Below are positions 26,169 through 38,036 of a DNA stretch of 64,000 nucleotides, one piece after another; within the stretch, counting starts at the first letter, position 1; each line of letters starts with the position of its first letter. A program made the position numbers and the translations under genes. A model generated the notes under the pieces. It saw nothing but the letters and a program-made list of their open reading frames with translations, was not told where the DNA came from and did no database searches. The stretch is taken from NCBI RefSeq assembly GCF_006345805.1, contig NC_042998.1, positions 198,276,001 through 198,340,000 on the forward strand, in the 5' to 3' direction. This DNA is from Octopus sinensis (taxonomy: Eukaryota).

Positions 26169-27274
26169 CTAGATATCATAGGATGGCTGTATCGGGGCTG
26201 CAGGCGGTGAGTTGGCTGACACGTTAGCACGCCGGGCGAAATGCTTAGCGGTATTTCGTCTGCCGTTACGTTCTGAGTTCAAATTCCGCCGAGGTCGACT
26301 TTGCCTTTCATCCTTTCGGGGTCGATAAATTAAGTACCAGTTACGCACTGGGGTCGATGTAATCGACTTAATCCGTTTGTCTGTCCTTGTTTGTCCCCTC
26401 TGTGTTTAGCCCCTTGTGGGTAGTAAAGAAATAGGTATTTCTTCTGTCTTATGTTCTGAGTTCAAATTCCGCCGATGTCGACTTTGCCTTTCATCCTTTC
26501 GGGGTCGATTAAATAAGTACCAGTTACGCACTAGGGTCGATATAATCGACTTAATCCGTTTGTTTGTCCTTGTTTGTCCCCCTCTGTGTTTAGCCCCTTG
26601 TGGGTAATAAAGAAATAGGCATTTCGTCTGCCACTACGTTTTGAGTTCAAATTCCGCCGAGGTCGACTTTGCCTTTCATCCTTTCGGGATCGATTAAATA
26701 AGTACCAGTTACGCACTGGTATAATCAACTTAATCCGTTTGTCCTCTCTGTGTTTAGCCCCTTGTGGGTAGTAAAGAAATAGAAATAGTTATAACTAGGA
26801 AGACGGATCTGTGTGTCACATTGTGTCGTTCGACAGACGACCTAAATATCATAGGATGGCTGTATCGGAGCTGCACCACAACTATGAAGTTATCATAACA
26901 CTGATAAAATGGCTCCCCAGGAATCTACGACAACTACTACCAAGATCCCGTAAGACAGGCGGATGAGCACTGCCCTGGGGCTGCATGATATCTACTATGT
27001 GATTACCACAGCATAACTGGGATAGGACTAAACTTGGCTTACACAACAATTACCATAGCTTCAGATGAACCAGTCTACAGCTTCTGTAATCCCTTAGTCT
27101 ATAATTAAGCGAACCCCATAGACTACAACACCTATAACATCTGCCTCTGCAAGTTCTATAATTCCTTAGAGGACGCAAAATTCTCTTGTGTGTAACCCTT
27201 AATCCGAAACCATATAATCGTATAGTCTACATCTATAATTCACTAATACAGTTCTATATTTTAGAGATGAGGAA

Positions 27275-27568
27275 TTATGTACATTATTTACAATTGACGG
27301 ATATTTGTTCTCATCTTGTTTGTTGTTAACTCCACGTTTCGGCTGATGTTCCCTCCAGGCCTCAGGTGCATTTGGGGAAATTCGAACCTGGGTTCTCATT
27401 AAAGAATAATATAATTAATATATAATAAAATACTAATAATAATAATAGAAGAAGAAGAAGAAGAAGAAGAAGAAGAAGAAGAAGAGAAGAAGAAAAGAAG
27501 AAGAAGAAAGAGAAGAAGAAGAAGAAGAAGAAGAAGAGAATAAGAAGAAGAAGAAGGAAGAAGAAGAC

Positions 27569-27599
<31 letters not shown>

Positions 27600-27772
27600 G
27601 ACGACGACGACAACAACAACGACGACGACGAAAAATACCTTGGGAATGAGAACCAGGTTCGAAATTTCCCCAAGACACCTGATGAAGGCAGGAGGGTATA
27701 TCAGCCGAAACGTTGTGTTAACAACAAACAAGATGAGGACAAATATCTGTCAAATGTAAATAATGTATAATT
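27275..27772. mobile_element. Pair of inverted Penelope-like terminal repeats around a composite microsatellite
   Basis: Arms ~27275-27400 (-) and ~27645-27772 (+) are reverse complements. The spacer is (AAT)/(GAA)/(CAA)/(CGA)n. Confidence 0.6.
27674..27719 (+). ncRNA. Minimal type I hammerhead ribozyme (Penelope-type)
   Basis: Stem I GACAC/GTGTT; CTGATGA (27679-27685); one extra A; stem II GGC/GCC; GAAA; palindromic ACGT stem III; predicted cut after 27714. Confidence 0.65.
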
Positions 27773-28641
27773 CGCTAGCTCACAGCAGCTATAATCTCGT
27801 AATCTATAGCTACTATAATCCATAGTCAACAATCGCCGTAATTCTACAGTCTACAACTGCTAATATTCTACAGTCTACAATTGTTGCAATACTAAAGCTA
27901 CAACTGCTATAATAATGTAGTCTATAACTATTATGCTACTTTGTTTTTGGATTTGGTTTGCAAGATTCTTTATATGAGTTCGTGTGTTGAAGCATATTCT
28001 GTTGTGTCTGGGGAGAATCATTCTCTTTTAGTGCCTTATTATTTAACGCACTCACTTTTTTAGAAAATAGAAATAAGGAAATAAGTGGAAATTTTACCGG
28101 TGAGTGTGTTAAATAATAAGGCAGAAAAAGAGAATGACTCTCCCCAGACACAACAGAATATTAAGCTACTTATTTGCCATATAATATCTCTCAAAAAATA
28201 TATATATATTTTATTGTGTTCTGTTTAATTTAAAGCGGCGACGAGAGACTGTACAAAACAATGGTTGTGTCATACAAACGGATTATTAATGAGAGGTCTT
28301 GCTCAGTCTGTAATATCAAACTTCTTGTTAATGTGCGCTCTCATGTCGAGTATTGTGTCAATAATGAATTCTCAGTATCTAAGGTTGTCTGATGCCAGCC
28401 TTGAGACATTTATCAGCAAGAAGATAGTGTGCCTGCTTAATTTATTTTATTTTTTAATCTAAAACAGTGGAGTTTCAAATATGTATAGTAAATGTGTTTA
28501 ATCTACCGGACAGCATTATTTAACTAGATTTTTTTTTAATGATCATTTGAATTGATGTCTTTCCACACACTTGAAATTGTCAGACAATGATTTAGATTTG
28601 CTGAGACGCAACATGTTTTTCTGGCTGTTGGTAAATACTAA

Positions 28642-29033
28642 TCTCTCTATATCTATAAAGCTGAAGTTGTCTGTCTATACAATTAGGTAGCCTTCAACTA
28701 ACACTATCTACTCCGAGACCCTGTGGCGCAAGTTGACAAAAATTGAGAGTATGATAGAAGAAGGCTTGCTCTTCCTTCCGTAGAAGAAAAAATTCAAATC
28801 GGACCATGTTAGCACCAAAAATTATTTACATCAAAAAGGTGCTTTTTTTCTATGAAAATCCCTATTTTTTACGATTTTTTGACTGCTGTGTGGCCATTTT
28901 TCGGTGTATTTCAACCAGAAAAATGTTCGCTTAAAGAGAATAACAAGCTACAATATGCAAAATTTTTACTTTTCAAAAATTCCAATTCTAAAGGGTCAAA
29001 ACAAACCCGAGCAACGCCGGGCGATACTGCTAG
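28642..29033 (+). mobile_element. Non-autonomous Helitron, family 2 (complete)
   Basis: a|TCTCTCTATATCTATAAAG ... CCCGAGCAACGCCGGGCGATACTGCTAG|t. Confidence 0.8.
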
Positions 29034-29608
29034 TAATAATAAAATAAAAGATTGATCGAAGAGGAACATCGCTAATAACTGGCATTCATAATACGTTAGG
29101 TGTGTATGCTAACCAGAAACATCATATCCACTTTAACAATAAGTTCAGATATTCATATATTAAGATTATCCCAATGGAAGTCATCGCTGAAATTAAAATA
29201 TTATACCGTTAGCGTTTGATGAGTTTTTCCAAATTTCAACATGTCATCAAAATGGTGAAGAAGTTGAATTAAGAAACATCTAATACGTAGGAAGCCATGT
29301 TGTTCGTGATTGTAAAGATTGTTTCTCTCTCTAAAAAAAAAATTAGGTTTTCACTTGAACACATTTTACAGCATCTTGACATTATGAAATGTTTGACTGA
29401 TCGAACAGTAATTTGCTTGAAGAGGCTGAAAATAGCAATTACAGATTTATCAAAAAATTGGTGCGAAATGTAACGGGTATACTGTGACTATCACCTTGAA
29501 ATGTTTGTGGGGTATTTGATGGGTTCCGGTCGAATTCGCCCCTTTTTACTATTGGAAGTGATAAATGAAATCGTATCTCGGGTACATTAAACGGTAAACA
29601 AAGCTTCT

Positions 29609-30030
29609 GGATCTTTTCGGTTTGACCGGCAGTTTTTTCTAGCGGTGTCATATGATATTGTCACCCATAATTATGACCCTAGATATCGATCTATTGCATT
29701 TCAATATGTTTTAGGGTTAGTGGGTAGGTGGGGGGGAAGGGTATCTTTTTTTCTTCAGAAATGTAAATAAACCCAATCTGTTTTCTTAAACGAGTGACAT
29801 ATCCATACGGCACAGAATGTTTTTTACGTCAATAGACGTCATTGATTGGTTGAAATTGCAGAAATTGAAGAGAAAAAAAACAACAAATATCTTACAAACT
29901 ATAGAATTTCTCAATAAGCTAACGAGAAAAAAGATGTTTTATAAACACATTCTACCAGTATACGAGTTTAAAAAGTGTTTAGTTACGTGGAAATTATTTT
30001 TAAAAACTGCCGGTCAAACCGAAAAGATCC
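29609..30030. mobile_element. MITE with 29-bp TIRs (GGATCTTTTCGGTTTGACCGGCAGTTTTT) and 8-bp TSD
   Basis: Perfect TIRs; TSD aagcttct on both sides (29601-29608 and 30031-30038). Confidence 0.85.
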
Positions 30031-31671
30031 AAGCTTCTTTCTTTTGTGCCTTTGGTTGGTGATTTCCATTTGATTTCAAATTTCCTACGGTCAGTTTGAA
30101 CACATATTGTCAGTAAATATTTTATCAGCGGGCGGTGTTTGTCCTTGTTTCACTATAACTTGAACAAACCTGTCATCAATGTATGTGGCGAACGGTGTAG
30201 TAAGATCGTTATATATTTGATCCTTTCTCTTAGCTATTTTCAGCCAATCAAACTGCTTCCGTTGCTACGAGTCACACTTGCGGGCGAATACGTCTGCTTA
30301 GTGACTTTTGACTAATCATCGATTGCTGTTTCCTTTTTTTTTTTGTCTAAAACATACTCAAAAAAATAAAACAAACCATTCTGAGCCAACCAAATTATTT
30401 AGATACACAGATATTTCACTTAACAAACCAGAGTTATCTCATTGCTTTCAAATCTATTATTGGTCTGAGAAGAATTCTCTCTGCTTTTTTTATTTTTTAT
30501 TTTGAAGACAAGATCATTCAGCCGTATCGATCTTACAACTTAGTATCACAGCATTTGTCTAGTTACCGTCTTCAGGTTTGAGCATGATTTGTGAGTTGGT
30601 TATTGCGTTCTATTTTTGCTGATTGTCGTGTCGTCAATATTTAGGACAATATTGAATTAGTGATAGTTCTGACAGTCTGATTATATTCGTTTGGTCTGTT
30701 AAGTGAAATGTTTGTGTATCTGTACGATTTGGGAGGATCAAAATAGGCTTTATTTTCTGTGTATGTTTTAGGTACACACGCACATACAAAAAAAAAACAG
30801 CAGCATCTGAGAGGTCAAAAGTCATTTAGCAGTTGTGTTCTTGAAGAATATATCGTCAACAGAACAAAGCTCATTTTACACACATCAATCAGTGGATAAC
30901 AGAACTCTACCAACCTTTAGCTGCCCTTCACGTGAAAGCATATCTATAGTAGAAATTTTTCATATAGACTTGTACGCAATTTATGCAGACTCATTTGTAT
31001 ATACTTGCAGTCACACAGATGCAGGTACATAGACTCACACATACAGACACGACCTCACACACACACGATTAACACTACTAGATGAATTCTGTCTTCACTG
31101 TTATTCAAAAATTACTCTCTTTCATTTGTCGTGGCTAGCTAATCAGAACTCATAGTTCTTTACATTAAAATTTAAGTCTTTAAATATCCTCCTTCCATTT
31201 CGATTTGTCACAGTTAACCACATGTGACGAACAGAAAATTTATTCACATTCTGTGTATTTTCTCCAGAAAATACTCATTCAATTATTCTATATTTCGTGT
31301 CTTTTACTGTGTACATTGAGGACCCTGACGAGACGTTCCCAGAAACAGAATGTTTTTTGTATCTAGTAGATGATTTGTAAGGCGGCGAGCTGGCAGAACC
31401 GTTAGCACGCCGGGCGAGATGCTTAGCCGTATTTCGCCTGCCGTTACGTTCTGAGTTCAAATTCCGCCGAGGTCGACTTTGCCTTTCATCCTTTCGGGAT
31501 CGATAAATTAAGTACCAGTTACGCACTGGAGTCGATGTAAACGACTTAATCCGTTTGTCTGTCCTTGTTTGTCCCCTCTGTGTTTAGCCCCTTGTGGGTA
31601 GTAAAGAAGTAGGTATTTCGTCTGTCTTTCTTTACATTCCGGGTTCAAATTCCTTGTGGGCAGTAAAGAAA

Positions 31672-31746
31672 TAGTAGATGACTTGTGACAGATTTGAGTG
31701 ACAATATTACAATATTGTCACTCAAATCTGACACGGTCATCTACTA
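31672..31746. other. 75-nt near-perfect hairpin (~36-bp arms, 2-nt loop)
   Basis: tagtagatgacttgtgacagatttgagtgacaatatt-ac-aatattgtcactcaaatctgacacggtcatctacta. Confidence 0.8.
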
Positions 31747-32368
31747 GTAGTAACCAGAAAAGACATACATATCCCGTTATTTTCTACAAAATAAAATAAT
31801 CTTTTTTAAATGTTCTTTATTGGTTATTTTCTGCATTGATTGCATCTACATATTTTCTTCTGATCATTTAAAAAAAAAAACATAGCATTATAGGCGCAGG
31901 ACTGGCTGTGTGGTAAGTAGCTTGCTAACCCACCACATGGTTCCGGGTCAGTCCCACTGCGTGACATCTTGGCAAGTGTCTTCTGCTATAGCCCCGGGCT
32001 GACCAATGCTTTGTGAGTGGATTTGGTAGATGGAAACTGAAAGAACCTGTCGTATAATAGTATATATGTATATATATGTATGTGTGTGCCTTGTGTGTCT
32101 GTGTTTGTCCCCCTAGCATTGCTTGACAACCGATGCTGGTGTGGTTTACGTCCCCGTCACTTAGCGGTTCGGCAAAAGGGACCGATAGAGAAGTACTGGG
32201 CTTACAAAGAATAAGTCCCGGGGTCGATTTGCTCGACTAAAGGCGGTGCTCCAGCATTGCCGCAGTCAAATGACTGAAACAAGTAAGAGTATAGAAACCA
32301 GAATTTATGCCAATGCTGCTCTCCGATTCTTTGCATGTAAGTCGATGTCAACAAATGAATGTACTCAC

Positions 32369-32409
32369 TTGGAAGTATATATTATTTGGGCCTAGGTTCT
32401 CGAAACCAA
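32369..32409 (-). CDS. Putative coding exon 2, (V)GFENLGPNNIYFQ
   Basis: ACTAAC branch motif (plus-strand gttagt at 32425-32430), acceptor cattaacag|, donor CCAA|GTGAGTAC. 41 nt, phase 1 in and phase 0 out, open frame and compatible with exon 1. Confidence 0.5.
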
Positions 32410-32838
32410 CTGTTAATGCACAACGTTAGTTTTTTCCCTCTAATATGTCAGCCATTGTTGACATGAATTGATAATACGACACTGTTAATTACCGGACATT
32501 TTATGTTCAGTGTAAGTTCTCTTGTGAAGCCAGGGGAATAAAAGGGACATGAAAGTAGATAAATTCTGCTCGTAATTTATCGGTGCTTAGGGTGTTTGAC
32601 ATATGAATAATCTAGTGGCTCCTAAGATATGATAACCTAACTAGTAGATATTTTATCGGACATTATGATATGATGACCTGGTTTGCTGATATTTATGTTT
32701 CAGTCTGTAACAGGGAAAACGAAGGTGTTCAGCAATAAATATATTTGATTGGGGAGTCAATTTGTATTTATCAATCTTAGGTTATAATCTTAGGTTACAT
32801 TATAATCTGGTGGTTATCAAGAAGGCAATATATTTGGT

Positions 32839-32915
<77 letters not shown>

Positions 32916-33513
32916 TCTTTTACTTGTTTAGTCATTTTTGACTGCGGCCATGCTGGAGCACCGCTTTAGTCGAGCAAATCGACCCCAGGACTTATTCTTG
33001 TAAGCCCAGTACTTATTCTATCGGTCTCTTTTGCCGAACCGCTAAGTGACGGGGACGTAAACACACCAGCATCGGTTGTCAAGCAATGCTAGGGGGGACA
33101 AACACACAACATACATATATATATATATAATATATACGACGGGCTTCTTTCAGTTTCCGTCTACCAAATCCACTCACAAGGCATTGGTCGCCCGGGGCTA
33201 TAGCAGAAGACACTTGCCCAAGATGCCACGCAGTGGGACTGAACCCGGAATCATGTGGTTGGTAGGCAAGCTACTTACCACACAGCCACGTGAAAGATAG
33301 TCAAACATCACAGACTAATTCGAGCTTGGACATCCTTAGCGTCTGTGTATCTACAATTGACTTCTAAATTAAGAATCTATTTTTGAAAAACTGTAGATGT
33401 TCACATTTTAGGATAGTGGGCCGGAGTCAAAAGTCACCAAAGTGGAAAATGTTACAAACTAAGACACCAGTAAGACTCAATGACTTAGCATCAGGTATTG
33501 TTTTATATCACGT

Positions 33514-33903
33514 CTAGCAGTATCGCCCGGCGTTGCTCGGGTTTGTAAGGGAAATAACTATATAAGCATTTTTAGAGAGTTATAGCCAAAAAATAGCAAA
33601 AATGTGCATTAAACATGGAAAAAAAATGATGGTAAATTTCTTTTTAAATCGTTGACTCATCGTAGACATTTTTAGAGAGTTACTTTCCTTAGCGAAAAAA
33701 TGCATTAAAATGGAAAAAATGATGGTAAATTATTTTTAAAATCGTACACTCATCGTAGAGGCGCGCTAATACCCAGAAGGGCTCGAAATGAATCACGACT
33801 ATAAGATACCCGCTTTTAGTTACACTGCACCGCAAAATGTGGGGGTAGTTAGGAATCTAAATCGTAGGAGACAGACACACGACTTCTCTTTTATATATAA
33901 AGA
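33514..33903 (-). mobile_element. Non-autonomous Helitron, family 1
   Basis: Same termini and interior as 189-783, with fewer internal repeat units. Confidence 0.8.
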
Positions 33904-35384
33904 TGTAAATTTACAATTTTTGCATATATTCCAGCGAGGAGTTTACAAATACCTTGCCTTTCTCTCTATTATGCATACGTGTGTATGTTTGTGTGTATGT
34001 ATGAGCGTGCAGCAGTGTCTAAGTAAAAGTTGGATTTGCTCCTAGAGCTTTATAAAAAAAACTGCAGCTTTTCCCGTATCAACGTTAACTATTTAATCTT
34101 CGGTGCTCCAGCATGACCCCCAGTCAAATGACTGAAACAAGTAAAAGAATAAAATAAAATTAGAATGGTGACTAAGATATTCAGAGTTCTTAATTAAGAC
34201 TGGAGTATGTAATCTATTTCTATTTCTTTACTACCCACAAGGGGCTAAACACAGAGGGGACAAACAAGGACAGACAAACGGATTAAGTCGATTACATCGA
34301 CCCCAGTGCGTAACTGGTACTTATTATTTTTTAAACCTCAAAAGGATGAAAGGCAAAGTCGACCTCGGTGGAATTTGAACTCAGAACGTAACGGCAGACG
34401 AAATACCTATTTCTTTACTACCCACAAGGGGCTAAACACAGAGGGGACAAACAAGCACAGACAAACTGATTAAGTCCATTACATCACCCCCAGTGCGTAA
34501 CTGGTACTTAATTTATCGACCCCGAAAGGATGAATAGCAAAGTCGACCTCGGCGGAATTTGAACTCAGAACGTAACGGCAGACGAAATACCGCTAAGCAT
34601 TTCGTCCGGCGTGCTAATGTGTCTGCCAGCTCGCCGCCTTGTAATCTGTGTAACATTCAATAGTAGCCGACACTAAGACGGGTGGTGACTACGAAAAAAA
34701 GCTGTCAGCTCAATGTTCTGGCTTTCAAGCAGATGGCGTCTCGGAGTTATTCTTTCTTTCTTTCTTTTCTTTTGTCGAACCGCTAAGTGACGGGGACATA
34801 AACACACAGCATAGGTTGTAAAAGCAATGCTAGGGAGACAAACACAGACCAACAAAACACACGCACAACACTATATATATATAATACATACATATTACGA
34901 TGGGCTTCTTTCAGTTTCCGTCTACCAAATCCACTCACAAGGCTTTGGTCGGCCCGAGGCTACAGTAGAAGACACTTGCCCAAGGTGCCACGCAGTAGGA
35001 CTGAAGCCGGTTGGTAAGCAAGCTACTTACCACATAGTCACTCCTGCGCCTAAACAATTTTAAGTAGTTATCGACACCAACCAAAATGCAACATTGTACA
35101 TTTATTTAATGGTTTTCCCATCGCTGCCCAAGAAAGTACAATGAAGGCACGCTAGATAAGACATTCAGCAAAATAAGCACGTGCTTAGGGCATCAAAGGA
35201 AATGATGGCTCCACAGAAACAGTAAATGGTTGACGGTACAAAAGAAATTATTTTAAACTTGCTAAAATGATATTCGAAGTGGTTTATATGATCGGAAATA
35301 TAACTTCAAAGTGTTCATGGTATCATAGTGAGAATCTGATCAAAGACATTGCAATTTAAAAAAAAGGCGGAGAAAACTTTCCGA

Positions 35385-35484
35385 NNNNNNNNNNNNNNNN
35401 NNNNNNNNNNNNNNNNNNNNNNNNNNNNNNNNNNNNNNNNNNNNNNNNNNNNNNNNNNNNNNNNNNNNNNNNNNNNNNNNNNNN
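35385..35484. other. Assembly gap (100 N)
   Basis: Run of N; the round length suggests a scaffold placeholder, so the true size is unknown. Confidence 0.99.
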
Positions 35485-36164
35485 ATAATAATAATAATAA
35501 TAATAGTAAAGCATTTAATAACAGTACTAACAACATCTTCATCAACAATAAATAACAACAACCGGGGCATGTAAATGTTAAATGTTTTTTTGCCGCCACA
35601 CACTCAACCAGATGGGAGAACTCCCAGTCAAGGAACATACCAGATCATAAGTATAGAAAAGGCATCGGTGGATTGCGGCTTTGAATGTCTGATTGAAAGC
35701 ATAAAACCATTGTGAATCCCCTAAATACTGTGACTATATACTACAACACTATCGTACCACATTTCTCTACTACACCTCTACACTCCGTTTTTGCTCCTCT
35801 ATCGTTTTCATTACACTACACAATATTTATTACAACATTAAACATCACTTACTCACTCTCTACGCAACATCTCACCATGCAACTGTATATATATGCTATA
35901 CATAACACTATATATACCTCGCCACAACACCATATACTGTATTACACTAAATACAGCCGTAGCACTCACGCCTCACTATAATCACCACCGTCTCCCTTGT
36001 CATAAAAACTGTTTATAACATTTGACAATAAAAAAAAATGACATCATCATCATCATCTTCTTCTTCTTCATCTTCTGTGACCAACAACTATTGTAAACAG
36101 TAGAGATTCCGGCTTTTCAAATTCACAAACAAATCCCTGTTCTCGGGGAGTGGATAGAAAAGTG

Positions 36165-36606
36165 TGTGTGCGCGCGATTTGTGTGTGTCTGTGTGTGTGT
36201 GTGTATGTGTGTGTGTGTGTGTGTGTACGTGCGAGCACGCGTAGTACGTGTATGTGTGTGTGGATGTTTGCGTGTGTGTGTGTGTGTGTGGATGTGTGTG
36301 TGTGTGTGTGCGTGTGTGTTTGTGTGTGTGTGTGTACGTGCGAACACGCGTAGTACGTGTATGAGTATGTGTGTGCATGAGTGTGTGCATGTTCGCGTGT
36401 GTGTGTGTGCGTGCATGTGTGTGTGGTTACGAGCGAACACGCGTGTATGGTGTGTGTGGTGTGTGTGTGTGTGTGTGGTGTGTGTGCGTGCGTGTGTGTG
36501 TATAGGAGCGAACACGCGTAGTACGTGTGTGTGTGTGGTGTGTGTGTGTGTGTGTGTGCGTGCGTGTGTGTGTATAGGAGCGAACACGCGTAGTACGTGT
36601 GTGTGT

Positions 36607-36650
<44 letters not shown>

Positions 36651-36670
36651 GTGCGCGCGTGTGCATGTGT
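36165..36670. repeat. Complex (GT)n minisatellite with recurring gcgaacacgcgtagtacgtg motif
   Basis: Motif seen about 5 times (near 36230, 36340, 36431, 36506, 36578). Confidence 0.85.
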
Positions 36671-36884
36671 GTTGTGGTCGTGTCTTTCCCAGAGACATCA
36701 GCTGTATAAATAAGATACCATGAACCGACTTCGAACGCGCTTCGAATCCGAGGCCCGATCGAACCTGCCGGGGGAGTTGTTCGCTACAAAAACATAGACA
36801 TTTAATGAGACAACAACTCTAAACCATTACACAAGCCAAACACACACACACACACGAAAGGGGTGGTCAAAAGAGCGCACTCAC

Positions 36885-36972
36885 CCGTATCCAACGGCAG
36901 CGTGTAGTAACCATGTGCCGTGTCCATTGACTGGAGAACTGTAAGGCCGAACCAGAAGCTGAACAGCAGCAT
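36885..36972 (-). CDS. Putative first coding exon of an unknown secreted/membrane protein (MLLFSFWFGLTVLQSMDTAHGYYTLPLDT + 1 nt)
   Basis: Unique GC-richer DNA. ATG in gtaaaATG context; hydrophobic signal-peptide-like N-terminus ending in AHG; strong donor ACGG|GTGAGT at 36885/36884; 88 nt gives phase 1. Confidence 0.6.
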
Positions 36973-38002
36973 TTTACATCCACGCTGGTTACGGCTGACC
37001 ACCGACGGGTACCTACACCAAACTCCGCTAGTGCACCCCAAATGCATGATGCCCGCCCGTGCTATTGCACACAATTGCACCTTTTGGTGGGGGTGGCTTT
37101 GGTTATCTAGTGTTGAATGTTGTTCTGTTCCGTTCGGTTGTTTGACTATTTGTTTAGAATGCAAGAACTAGGTTCGAATCGCAGTCGCACCAGCTTGAGA
37201 TCTTTGTACAAACAGATATCTCTTTTTATTGGTTTGTGTGAGTGGAGGAAAGGTTCTCAGAGTTTATTAGTATTATTATTATTTTGACTAATAAAGAAAC
37301 GGTTGTTGTTGTTGTTGTTGTTGTTATCGTCGTCAGCGTTACTTTTGCTTGGTTTTTCTGATTGCAGCTGTTTATGTTGTTGTTGTTGAGGCTATTCTTG
37401 TTATTGTTGTTGTTGTTGTTGTTGTTGTCATCTGTTGTGGGATGCGACTCTGAAATACGAAGTGTCCTAAGAGCCGAGAGGACGGACAGTCAGCCGCCGC
37501 TTTTGGCGTAGCTTCTTCTTCTTCTTCTCTTCTTCTCTATCTCTTTCTTCTTCTTCGTCGTCCTCCGCCGCTTGCCTCTGTTGTAAACAGCTGCACTTCC
37601 TGTTTGCTCTGGAAATTGCTCTGTCTTGCGAGATCTTCCAATGCAGGTGAGTCGCCCTCACATCCTCCATAAATGTGGTGAGAAAGGAACGAGTGATGCT
37701 TACAAGCAGGGGATAAAAGTTAACTGATAGACAGTAGGTGAGAGAGAGAGCGTAAGACGAAGTGTGAGGGGGAGGGGGAAGGAGGGGTTGCGAGAAATAC
37801 GGGAGGAAGAGGAGGATGAGAAGGGGAGGAATATGTAGAAAAAATAAAAGGAGGGGGAATTTGTGGGTGTGAGAGTAAAATCTGTATTGAGTGATAGATG
37901 AGTTTTGTGTGTACGTATGTATGTGTGTCTGTAAGTATGAATGTATGTACTACGTATGTATGTATGTGTGTATGTATGTGTTTCGGGAGTTGTGTATGTA
38001 TG

Positions 38003-38036
<34 letters not shown>

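Noticed and set aside
26810-26945. Alternative frame IPGEPFYQCYDNFIVVVQLRYSHPMIF...
   Set aside because: It runs into the antisense SINE and has no donor; the six-Cys frame is longer and more coherent. It cannot be fully excluded.
31310-31345. CTGACGA...GAAAC (similar motif on minus near 40215-40270)
   Set aside because: Stems II and III cannot form.
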